DNA of 60,000 nucleotides from Botryllus schlosseri (taxonomy: Eukaryota). Position 1 is the first letter of the stretch. Each line of letters opens with the position of its first letter. The notes beneath the pieces were generated by a model. It was not told where the DNA came from and made no database searches. It saw only the letters and a list, made by a program, of their open reading frames with translations. The DNA is taken from positions 8,062,001 to 8,122,000 of the forward strand of contig CM119372.1 of assembly GCA_051294905.1 (NCBI GenBank), written 5' to 3'. The position numbers and the translations under genes are program-made. This document shows positions 26,201-37,833 of this stretch, piece after piece.

Positions 26201-29200
26201 TGCAGGTCGTCCGCAAAGTGGGCGCACAGCTTACAGAAGTCAAAACCCATGAACATTGCAATATCTGTATATTCATTATCGTGGGGCAGATAACCCTAAA
26301 AACGCGGGAAGGGACAGTATAGTAAGCAATGTGAGCATGAATGCATGAATGAAATGAATGCATGAATGTCATTTTATTAAACACTACGATAATTTAATTG
26401 GACACCCCACCAAATTATAAGGTATATATGACTAAATATTACCACGCTAGTTTCTTTCCGGTATAATGTACTCTGTTTTGTCTCAGATGTGAAGCAACGA
26501 GCGACAAAACACGGGAAGTGACATATCAATACATCATAATCATTCATAGGCTATGTATACCTTCGTTGATTGCATTTCGAGATACTGGTATCGGCCGATG
26601 CGTCAAGATTACGAGGCTCGTAGTCGACGTAATCCTTCGACTGTAGCCTTGACGATTTGTTGCGGTCGCAATTTATCGACACTTTTAGCTCTCCCTGTAA
26701 GTGCTCGGACGTAATTTTGGACCTTACAATCGAAGAAGAATGTGAACATGCAACAGATTTCTGCTTGTGACAAAAACGATACCTCCCTACTTTCGCTACC
26801 GGTGTGTGGCGCAGTGACTGAACGTCTGAGCGAGATGACATTTTTTCCCGATCAAACAATTGTTGCAACGCCGTTAGGTTGCTATGAGCATCCGTGTCAG
26901 TGGTTGTCGGCCTGCATTTTAACATTTGTAATAGTAAATGGCATTAGTACATATATGACTCGCATACTTGCCTGTAAACACTGCAATTGGACGGTTTACG
27001 GCTGAAATATGCACAGTCTCCATAGTTCCCTCCCAAGTCTGACACCCGTAGATTACAACCGCTGTAGCTCATACTCTGTTAAGATATATCGATAAAACGA
27101 ACGTCTTTATCAATCTAAGCAGGTGTGCAGCAATTCAGATCACGTAATGTCTGCTAGTCAAAAGGAGGAAGATAAGCCAATTTACTCTCAGCCTGTTCGC
27201 TTTTCAGTGTCTCCCCAGTAGCCTGCACTAATCAATATTCGTCCGGTTATGTTACCACTAGGGCTGGTTTTTGAGCAAGATGTTTGGGTTACTACCAATC
27301 GATGTATCAAGGCTCTCACCGCGGGAAGAAGGTACCGAAACTACATTTCATGTTGATAAAGTAACTTCTAGTTTGAACGGTGAATGTATATTCTCCATTA
27401 TCCAATATATTGTACAATCGTTACTCGAAAATATCGACATACTATTCGATATGAGTCATTACAACTGATACTCGAATCGCTGTATACCCAGTCCTAGTTA
27501 CACCGATTCACGACCTGCAGGGGTCACCAAAGTCACGGTATGAAAAATTCGTTTTGTGTGGCCCCCGACTTGACTAGCATTTTAGAGCGCCTGACAATCG
27601 ATAAATCATTTTTTAATTTACATAACAGCGCAAGGTCACATTCATTTGTACCTTTGGGCGCCTAGGTCAAGAATACATCACTTATCTTTTGAGGTATTAT
27701 CGTCTACATTCAGTCTCCATTCAGTAGAGCGCGACACCAATAACAATTTCATTATTGAGATTACTATAGTAAATAGATTGCTAATAATTTCTACGATTTC
27801 ATCATTGCTACTGTTACACTTCAATGATTAAATACGTCGTGTTTTTTAATATCAAAACCACGCCACGATCGACTTTCATATTGACTGGTACGGAAATCTT
27901 GCTCTGCGTTCGACATATTTGTCAGTTACTCATGAATGTGATCAATTGTTCTTAATCGTGCCGAATAAATTGTTGCGAACCCACTATTTATGTGTCTCCT
28001 GTATTGCTCAAGTATATTGGATTTGGATCTCTAGATTAGGAGATTATTTTATGCGTAGCTGAAGAACATTCTTCGTAAACTTCGTGATCTTTTATCAATG
28101 TGACGTCATCGCTCATTGAGCTCTCTCGTGATGGTCAGAGTGCGGGGTGGAGCAATAAGTACGAACCACATATTATTATAGTTGCCCCAGGTAGATTTGT
28201 TCAACGTTGACAAATATGGCTGCAATCTAACATAGAAATCCTTTTCAACCTACACATGCATGACTATTCTACAACGCTATATCGGCGCCTATTGGCCCAA
28301 ACCTTCCGTCTCTGCACCGGATAGGCCTGTTCCTGACCCTAAAATAATCGTACATTCATTATTCTAGTACATATATAAGTAACCTCCGAAGATGAAGAGC
28401 AAAAACTTGTGTTCAACGGTTGCTCCATCAGCAGCTCTTCAGTGGTCATGCTCAGATCATCAATACCCCAGTGGTGCCTTTCGTCGGGGAACAAGTTCCT
28501 TGCCATAAGTATCTCTTCGTCCAAGGCAGACATGTCTACGAATGTAGTGGATTGTTAGGTTATGACAGTTGTAATAGGCAGTCTGTTGCTTCGCGCCATA
28601 TGTAGGGTTACATTTACCACAAAAATAAATATAAAATAAACATGTTTTTTATTGCGTTTTTGTTTAATTTATGACGTCACGAATCTTTAATCGTGATGTC
28701 AAAGTGGATTTACATTGATACATGGCTCGTTAAGAATTGCGATTGAATATATAGGGTCACTATCGCTAAAATATATTTGACCAGGACTACATTAGCTTGC
28801 AGCATTATTATGGTCGGCGCTTATCATCACCAGAACATCCAGCATTCCCTTCCAAGGATATATAACTACGTGCTAAAACTGTTGAACCGGCTACGATTTC
28901 GAAGATTCCAAGTTCCGACCATTCCGTATCATCAAATGCAAGTCGCCCGACGGCACATACTACATGTTCTTACGAAAGTATTTTCACAATTACGACATAA
29001 TTATACAATTTTTGAAAGAAAAAAATACAATTTTTGTTTTTCATTTGTCTAGAAAACGGTTTAAAACATATGTTAAGCAAAGTGTTTTAAAACATCTCGT
29101 GTTTTAAACGCAATCGTAGCCATATGTCTGTCGTCCAGACGAGGTGAGTGATATTGTATCATGCGAAATGACATTTAGTTTTATCAAACTATACCAAAAC

Positions 29201-29613
29201 CACCCTATTCATTCAAACAAACCGGGTGAAAAATATCACAATTATAAATAGTATCGCGGTATTACAGTGTGACTTCTAATAGAATTAAATTAATACACAA
29301 ACCTCGTCCTAAATAGAAGGCGTGGATTTATGTATGTACGCAGCTACGCACACACAGGCATACTCACTCACATTAACCTACGTCGTGCTCATAGCGTTTT
29401 GAATACAATGTCTAACGCTATAGCCTGTAGTTCCATACCGTTTCTCAACGAGTTCAACATTTTTGAACAGTTCTCCCTGGTACTTCCACTGTTGAAAGAG
29501 CAAGTTCCGAATCTTCTTCTCGAGGAGTCATAGTCATTGATATACGAACTTAACGTCTCTGACGCGGACTTAGACATCCTGGGATCTGGGACGTAATTAA
29601 AACAGTCTTCCAT
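23206..29613 (-). CDS. C18orf54: C18orf54 / lung adenoma susceptibility 2 (LAS2)-like protein
   Basis: Proposed exons (minus): 29613-29439, 28535-28384, 27075-26972 (GC donor, tentative), 26911-26561, 25789-25690, 25612-25489, 23485-23425, 23296-23206; phases are consistent. Motif series SASETLSSYINDYD, IDDLSMTTEELL, VESLKKMLFTLQ and ESLERAMEHLSILKSLV matches, in order, the LAS2 blocks I recall (SASQALQAYIDDFD, SLTTDDLL, VEALKQMLFNLQ, SLQKALHHLSRLRDLV). Middle exons and true start are less certain. Confidence 0.75.
24407..24805. mobile_element. Nested hAT MITE with TTTAAA repeats
   Basis: TIR TAGGGTTGCA/TGCAACCCTA; exact TSD GTCACAAC (24399-24406 and 24806-24813). Confidence 0.9.
24964..25105. 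mobile_element. Nested hAT MITE, 142 bp, inserted into the host element's right TIR
   Basis: TIR CAATGT(C/T)CCCTCTAA; exact TSD GTTACAAC (24956-24963 and 25106-25113). Confidence 0.9.
27259..27496. mobile_element. Degenerate hAT MITE
   Basis: Termini TAGGGCTGG/CCAGTCCTA; near-TSD gttaccac versus gttacacc. Confidence 0.6.
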
Positions 29614-32155
29614 CTTATTTAGGCTGCAGCTATAAGCGTGAGTGTGACACGTCCCACTGTTAGATCATTTAAAATCTTGTAAGATTCGCGCCAATGCCTA
29701 TAAAGCGGCGTTTCATCAACATATCCATGTGCGACGCATCATTTGTCATTGTTTTATCTGAAATCGTCATTGTCTTGCATGTTTATACCGTAAACATGCT
29801 GTGTATATGGTACGCGCAATGGATAACACTAGACGTCGCTATAACGGTTATACAACGGCCGTGGAGGCATTTGTTATGATTTTGTTGATCAGTAACTAAG
29901 GTCACAGTGAAAATGAGTGAATGCAGTTGAGATGAGGAATTATTTAGATTAAATAAATACTTCGGCAATAGCGGTTGATCACTTTCGTAACAACATTTTC
30001 GCAACACAAGACATATGGAAGATATTCCTAATTAAATACACGCCATAGGTCTACAGTTCCAGAATCTTACACCGTGGATTGCGTAACTGATAGCATAGTG
30101 ATAAGTTTCGCCGGATTCAACTTTCATATGTTGCGACTTCCAGGACTTCTAGCCCAGCCCAATTCGATTGTAGAATCTCTCCTTGAGTCTTACAAAAAAT
30201 CGGCCGTGGTGTGCCTGGGTGTTGAAACACTATTGATTCAGAAGAACAGCAATAACTATATATAGCATGCATGAATGCATGGCCTTTTTGGTGCGTCGTC
30301 GTATCAACGCTAATATCTCATAATCGAAGTAAGAAAAAGTTACGTATTCCACTATAACCCTAAGTCAGTCAAATATTGCTTTATCATATATTATCTTTAA
30401 TTTTCACCATAGCCATGGTTGTAATTTGCAAATTTATTCTATATTATGAACATTTAACCTTGGAATCGATCATCCGCAAAGCACCTTATGGAAGTTATAG
30501 TCCATTGATAAATATATTCTGTGGATTGTTCACTCTTTGGCCCTACGATTTTCCTAACGAACATTGTAAGTTACTTATTAAAACGTGATGACTATTTTGG
30601 AGCCTGTGGCAATGGAGGACTCTCTTGTCCTATTGAAGCATAGCAAGTCTTGATAGATCAACCTGCAGAAATTTCGAACTTAATAGAATTATAGCTCATC
30701 CCTTATGCTTTGGAATGCATGTTGTTTCGAAACTTACTTGTTTAAAACGTTATAAGAAAAATATAGAGCATACAGTGGCCAAATGCATATAGTCACTATT
30801 TCATAATTGCACTCGTACTCCCCTTCTCTCCCCCTCTCTCACACACACTCCGAAACACCGCCTGCCTATTGCCCGTGAAATCTAGAGCTTTCGTAAACCA
30901 AAAGTCAGCTAATAAACCTTAGCATTATATCAAATCGAAAGGATAATGGACGAATTTTCATGATCAGTCATAATTGTCATGAAATCATATCTGAACGGGT
31001 CACTTGGATTCCAGCGAGGTGGGCAGAAAATGTATGTACAGAAGCTTCGCGCACGGCCAAATTTTTCATTAACATTTTAACTGCAAGAACTCGGGCAAAT
31101 TTTACGTAAATCATATTGGTCGTTTGATGCGGACGTGTGTTGAAGAGCATATGTCTTTATAAAAAGTTGTGCGTCCATGTTCTGTGGTGTGTCCTTCAGT
31201 CCTTATTTACAGTTCTCATCATTGGTCACGATACTAGCAACACGGGAGATGAGAACACCAATAATACATTATCCTAGCCGGCCTATAAAGTCGTGACCTT
31301 TTTTGGACTATATTTGTTTTAGTCAGCAGGTTCCCAAACATACAAGAACTTGATGTGAATTAGAGTTGGGCGAATGTGGTGTCATTTTATAGAAACAGTA
31401 GTGGGTTATAGGTTATGAAAATCGGATTTCTCGGATGTCCTTCGTCGATGGCTAATGGCCATACCCAGTCAATAGGCATACGACGTGTTATGTTTATGTA
31501 GTTTAGACTCGATTCCAAATGATTAATTCCCGTCCGCCATAGGCGACGTCTATTCAATCAAAGTAACTAAAGTATGCTAACAAATCAATTGTTTGCCCTC
31601 TCTATAGAAACCAGTATGGTGGCGGGTTCGTTTATCCTATTCACAAATGATCACAAAAGACAAGTAACAAGTCTCGCAACAATAGGCAGTAAGAAGTATA
31701 TGTTCAGAAATTGTACCGGCGAAATTTCAGCATCGGCGTGAACGTGTAATATTTGATATTCGATGTCAGTTGAGACTTTCATATCCGATGAACTGATGAG
31801 AGAAGATCGTGTATTGGTGCATGTATAGATGCCTGTTTCGACGCTACGTAGGGCTAATACAAACAATAAATATACGCCAATGTCCAATACATAGTGAGTT
31901 CAGCTTCAGCCTTCAGACGCTAGAACTGATCAGAAATATCCGTACGACCGACAGCGGCTAATGTGTTAAGAAATCGAGAAACACATGTACAATGTACATT
32001 GTACAATAGAGAAGGTATAGTCAGCTATGGAAATTATGTACCACTGTTCCTCAATTCATGTTAATTCACAACGCGGTTATAAAATGTATTGTTCACCCCG
32101 CAAAAGAGGTGCATAATGTTCCAATGTTTTTATATTACTCTCTGTAAGCTCCTAT

Positions 32156-33016
32156 CAGTGGTCGGGAACCTATGACTCGCGAGCCATATATGGCTCTTTT
32201 GGGTATAAGATACGGCTCTTTGACATATTTGTAAATTTGTACTTAATTTTATCGATATTGCAGCAACTTCTTAGTAAGTTTTCTTGACGGCCGGACTAAT
32301 TATTCTCGTGGCAGCATAAACATGTATTTGTGAGGTCAAGGCAGTGGCGTATCCAGGGTTAAGGGCTCGGACTCCTTTACAAAATCTTCAAATTTAAGTT
32401 GCTGTAGCGCCAGCGACCAATATCCCTCGGGAGTTCGATGTACCCGGCATCGCGCGCTGCGTAATCTTGAATTGCACCATACGTCGGTTGATCAAGAGAA
32501 TAGCAGACGTGGGGAAGTCTATATGACAATACACATTGTCTTCCCGATCTATACCTGGAAATGAACTGCATTGGAAGTGACATTCCAATTACAAATCTAA
32601 ATCACAAACAACGCTTCGCTTTCCACGTCCAAATCGATAAGAAGCTTTCTGGTATCGGCGTTAAAATGTAGGCGTACAGTGCAACGTTCATGTTACCGCC
32701 GAACTAAGAAGTCGGTCAATATTTAGATTTTCGGAAGCAGTGCTATAGTTATATTAGATTACTATCAGTTACTATCAATTCTGAGCTATTTACGATGAAT
32801 TCACTATCACAGGATGATTAAGCCTACGAGTTTTATCAGAGAAAATATGTCGCCGCCGACGACTCCTATGTAGTGAGTTCGAATTAGCACTACCATGACG
32901 TCACGAATTTTAAATTGTGACGTAACTATTGATTATCATGTATGGCTCTTTGAGAGTTAAAATGAAAAATATAGGGCTAACATGGCTCTTCAGACAAAAA
33001 AGGTTCCCGACCACTG
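32156..33016. mobile_element. hAT (Charlie/Buster-like) non-autonomous element
   Basis: Perfect TIR CAGTGGTCGGGAACCT/AGGTTCCCGACCACTG with ATGGCTCTT subterminal repeats; TSD not clearly preserved. Confidence 0.75.
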
Positions 33017-33340
33017 TGCTATATAGTCAACTCCGGGTCCTCCAGCGCATTCCGACCCGATAATGGGGATGAAAGTATTGTCCGCAGCTGTCAGTATAGT
33101 ATATTGCGGGTTGGATCTGGTTTAAAAGATCCAAATATTTGCGTGACGGACCTCTAAAATATCACGGCATATCAGCGATGTGACGTCACAATTGAACCTA
33201 GTAATGTCTGGATGATTGCACAAATGCACCCACTAGATTGCCGCAAATGCTCCTAATTATGATTATGCCTAGCACAAATTTTACGATTGCAATATGATGA
33301 CAGTTCCACAGTCGTAGTATATGCGTAACCTTATATAAAC

Positions 33341-34498
33341 TAGGGTTACCATATTTTTGTGTGGCAAATTCCGGACAGTCTTTAGCGCCCACTAGCGGAT
33401 TTTAAAATGAGGTGTACCACATTGACTGTCAATATGACGTCACACTAGCAAAGTATTGCCCATCGCCTGTATACACTATACAGGAATGGAGTGGAACATA
33501 GGTCATGAATTGGGCCATCTGTAATGTGAGCGCTGGTGATTGCTACTTGCTAGGGTCTGCAATAGATTCCTCCGCGGGCCGGATGAAATCATCTGGCGGG
33601 CCGCGGGCCGGATGAAATCATCTGGCGGGCCGTGTCTGGCCTGTCAAAATTGTGTTTGACAGCCCTGCTATACTGTTAGGTCGGTGCGGCTATCTGTTTA
33701 TGTGTTTTAATCAGGTCCGAAACAACATTTTTTTGCCCCCTTCCGCCAAAAAAAAGCACTGATCTTAGGACTACAATAGATAGTCGATGTAACTTGTTGG
33801 GTACTTACTATATGCATTTGGCTGTTAAATTTTATGTATGAATTATGTCATTAATATTGATTTTTCCATGTATTAGGCTGCTATAAAATTCGCTAGCAGG
33901 TTGCACATCCGGTGATTTCCAACCTTTTATGGTCGCGACCTCATTTCCCACTTAAAAATGTTCCGTGGCAATTAAAGCTTAAAACTTGATAAGCTGATTA
34001 CTAATTAAATTCAGCTTGCCCAAACTTACTCACGGCCTAGGAAGCTGATTACGTCCAGCATCATCGCGATCCCCAGATAAAGGCGAACGACCACAACATT
34101 TGGAACCACTGTCAGTGACTGAAGCATCCAATCGGCCTTAACCAACTCTAGGAATATACCGTTAGCTTATAATTGTGATTACAATCAGACTTATTTCAGT
34201 AAATGATGGTTATTTATGTTTATTTTGATTGCATTTTTTAGCGAGGGTGGTGCCTGGTGCCCATACTAATATCATTATGCGTTGCATTAACTCGCGCGCG
34301 GCGCGAAGAACAATTATGAATAGCATGAATCTGCTTGAAAATAAGATTGTTTATGTTGATTTACAAAAAACTTTTGAGCCTGCTTCAAGCCTTCAAAATT
34401 CCGGACATTTAGGCATATTTTAGAAATTCCTCCCTGACGCAGATTTTTCAGTGAAATTCCGGACATGTCCGGGAAATTCTGGACGTATGGCAACCCTA
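33341..34498. mobile_element. hAT non-autonomous element with nested MITEs, directly upstream of the TEX52-like ORF
   Basis: TIR TAGGGTT(A/G)CCATA; exact TSD ATATAAAC (33333-33340 and 34499-34506); TCCGGAC subterminal motifs; nested MITEs at about 33551-33667 and 33910-34111. Confidence 0.85.
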
Positions 34499-34560
34499 AT
34501 ATAAACTCATTTACATTCTAGTAGTAGACTATAGATAATACGAATTTTTAGCTCTACGAT

Positions 34561-35217
34561 ATGATCGCGTCGTACACTGGATCTCATTTTCCTCGTCGCG
34601 AGCTTTCTTTGCAAGAGCGGGAAAATTTGTATGGTGACCCGACCGTCAATTTCACAGGATTTTCGCCAAGACCTAAAAGCAGCATAGGAGTCCCGAAGAC
34701 AAATCCAAGTGCTATGAAGAAGATCGAGGTGCAGCACAGAGTGAGAACACCAGCTTCTGAATCAACAATTATATATCCCCTTCATACGTATCAAACTTGG
34801 GTGGATGTAGGAGATATTGAGCCTATACCAATAAAACAGCCAGATCCGGAGTATAACTCGAATGTGTGGCGAAACTTTAGTAAGTCCGAAGGGATCACCT
34901 GTAACGTGAAAGGGAGGGCTACTCCGGCCCTTATAGCTGCCATGTATCCGATACCGATTCCTCCCGCCTCCCGAATGGGAGACTTCACCTACGATAAATT
35001 CATCAAATACGGAGATGTGATAAAGTCAGATGAAGCTAAGCGGAAAAAGATAGTGGAAACAAAACGTCGGGTAGAGGAAATGAAACGACTCGAGATCATG
35101 ACGGCCGGACGAATACCCCCGACCGACATGTCTGGAAAAATCATAGCTCCATTACAGCTGCGAAGACTGCAAGCCCAGGGAAGGATTAAACACAGACCTC
35201 TTCCATCAGATGCGTGA
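34561..35217 (+). CDS. TEX52: Testis-expressed protein 52-like (218-aa uninterrupted ORF)
   Basis: Motifs TWVDVG, QPDPEYNSNVWR, PIPPASRMG and RIPPTDMSGKI parallel the TEX52 motifs I recall (TWLDV, QPDRPYDSNVWR, PIPPPSWMG, RAPPLDAQGNI). An acceptor-like TTTTTAG lies just 5' of the ATG, and GTGAGT at 35214 could be a donor extending the CDS. Confidence 0.75.
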   Translation: MIASYTGSHFPRRELSLQERENLYGDPTVNFTGFSPRPKSSIGVPKTNPSAMKKIEVQHRVRTPASESTIIYPLHTYQTWVDVGDIEPIPIKQPDPEYNSNVWRNFSKSEGITCNVKGRATPALIAAMYPIPIPPASRMGDFTYDKFIKYGDVIKSDEAKRKKIVETKRRVEEMKRLEIMTAGRIPPTDMSGKIIAPLQLRRLQAQGRIKHRPLPSDA

Positions 35218-35388
35218 GTAAACTTCACCGGAACTATAATAGCGTGTAGTAAGATTCGGCATAGAGGCACACTATAATAATAGCTACTAACTAGACTAGA
35301 ACATAAACTAAAATCGGTGCGGATTGTATCCTGATTCCTGGGTGCTGGGCTTTCGAGAGACGGCCGACTCATTTACTGAAAGAGGTGT

Positions 35389-35890
35389 AATTGTAATCGC
35401 AATTGTAAGATAACGGTATATTCCTAGAGTTGGTTAAGGCCGTTTGGATGCTTTAGTTTAGTCAAATACAGTTGTTCTAAACCTGGGGTCGTTTGCCTTT
35501 ATTTTGGGAATCGCAAAGATGTTGGAGGTCATCAGCTTTCAAAATAGGCCGTGAGTAAGTCTGGGCAAGCTGATTTTTTTAGTAATCACCCTATCATTTT
35601 TGAGCTGGACCGCGGAACATTTTCAAAATGGAAATGAGCTCGCGCCATAAAAGGTTGGAACCACCGGCTGTGCAAACTAGGCCTACTGCAGAGCGAGTGC
35701 AGACCCAAGCAATCACCAGAGTTGCCCAATTCAAAACCTATGTTCCACTCCACTCCTGTATACAGCGGATAGGCGAAGCTTTGCAATTGAGACGTCATAT
35801 CCTGACAATGTGTTCATACCTCGTTGTAAAATCCGCTAGTGGACGCTAAAGATTGCCCGGAATTTGATCTACAAAAATATGGTAACCCTA
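35389..35890 (-). mobile_element. Inverted partial copy of the 33341-34498 hAT element
   Basis: Reverse complement aligns by eye to 33341-33530 and 33900-34186, ending in ATATGGTAACCCTA. Confidence 0.8.
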
Positions 35891-37833
35891 AGTTATATGG
35901 AAGTAACACTTTCGATGCATTTGTTTCACTTGTTCGTAAAATGAATATCTCCGTGGCAAGTATTGCAAATCGTACGTAGGCCAGCCCCTACCGAGTCTAT
36001 TCGATGTGCATCAGACTGCAATACAAGCAATGTCTAGTAAATGAATACGGTCCGCCCTCAATATTACCGGACCAAGACCTCGCTCCCGCCTTCCGTGTCA
36101 TGCCACCCTATTTGTGCCGCTTGTTTTTTTCTTTCTATACTATCTTCTTTTACTTTTCATTCAGTGTGCAATTGTGCATGCCCCCTCTTTACATCGTCTA
36201 CGGCCTAGGCCAAGGTGGGTGTCTGATTCTAAAGACTACTCCAAGTCATTTCGACACCTTCCTATCTTTTCATTGTATCGCAATTTTTGTCGTGTACTGA
36301 ACTGATAAAATTGCTAATAAACCGAACTGCACCGTATGCTTATAGATACACTCGTCCCACAAAATATCCATTGATATATTTCAATATTTCACGTAAACGT
36401 AAACGTCCATTATTGATACTGTAAAACCGAACGATATAAGGCGCATATTCTAAATCGAAACCGGCCAGCGTCGCGTTTACCAATAGCTTTCGAGCGCATA
36501 TATACAATCGATACCGACGTTTTCAGGCGAGAGCAGCCAAGGGTGGGACTGCTATTCGATCCGCAACCGTCTGGTCCAGCCTCAGTCGTCTCGAGCACCG
36601 CGCTCAGGCATAAAGGCCTGCTGTGGAAATTCTCATACAAAATGAACAACCCAGCCTACAGCAAGGTAGGCGCTTCCCCTCGACCTGCGCGAAGTTGGTT
36701 ATCGATGCAGCAAATCGCACATGTTAACAGGTCGTCAACGAACAGATGGATCTACAACGTTGGCGTGAGAATAATGCCAGAATGCGCAGGCTAAGGAGGC
36801 ACAACATGGCGCAGCAATTCGTCACGAGCTACACCTGAAGCTTCTTCACGATACTACGTCTTGTCCGAGTAACCTACCTCGACAGTCGACACGCATTCAA
36901 AACTCGACCTTGAATCCGGCGTTACAGCCACGAGAAAATCGAATTCACAAATCGATAGTGCAAACGTTTATTGCCGTTGAAAATACTTCGAACAAGTACA
37001 CAGCCTTTGATGTCAGACTGTGCGATCATGATGTGAACAATATAAAAGAGGGGTAATCGCATAATAGAAATGAAATTAGAACGACTCGCGAAGCTAGACA
37101 GTTCTAGCAACCAGAGAACACTTAACGCGGTACCGCAAACATGATTCTAACAACTATGGCAATCAGGCACCTATCACGGCACTAATAATATCATAAGTAA
37201 TCGAAAAAGTATCATTTACAATCTAATAGGAGATTACCGCTAACCGCATAGTCACCTCGCGGAATGTGCACAAACCACAGTATGGAATTACCCCGGGTCG
37301 CCGGCTAGTGCAGAGCGGGTGCGTGGTGCATTACGCAGTATAAAGAACAAGCATTAACCTAGCGAGGGGGGACGAAATGCGGGGTACACCCATCCCAAAT
37401 TTTAGAATCGGAAAGTACGACATTAGCCGTTTTCGCCAAGTTCGATTGAGCGCCATTCATATAGAACGCAAAGAAAACCATGCCAGTTACACCTAAGAAA
37501 AAAGATGTTTTCTCATTTATCAATCATAACCGTGGCATACAATATGTACTAATCATCTCCACGATAAAGTCAATCGAATTTTCAAGGCTTCACTGTTGGT
37601 AACTCCCGTCGTTAAAATAGTTATTTGTCGACAGGAGCGGTACTGACAAAAAATCCATCGACCCCTTGAATCGAATCATTACAATCAGCACTCGAATCGC
37701 TGCGGCCAGTCCTAGCCGAAAGGCATCGCGCGGTCGTTCAAGATCCGTCCGTATAAGCGCAATAGATACTGGTCGTCAATAATTATTATTTGGCAATGCG
37801 TCCGGCGGGTGGCGCGTAAAATCCGCCCGTCCA

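Noticed and set aside
28853..28861. Second U12-like donor (ATATCCTTG, minus strand) with an adjacent short open frame
   Set aside because: No matching TCCTTAAC branch point or AC acceptor was found downstream, and the flanking LAS2-like exons join in phase with GT-AG.
31651..31887. Signal-peptide-like ORF start (DIGVYLLFVLAL)
   Set aside because: Begins at TTG rather than ATG, with no supporting exons or recognisable homology.
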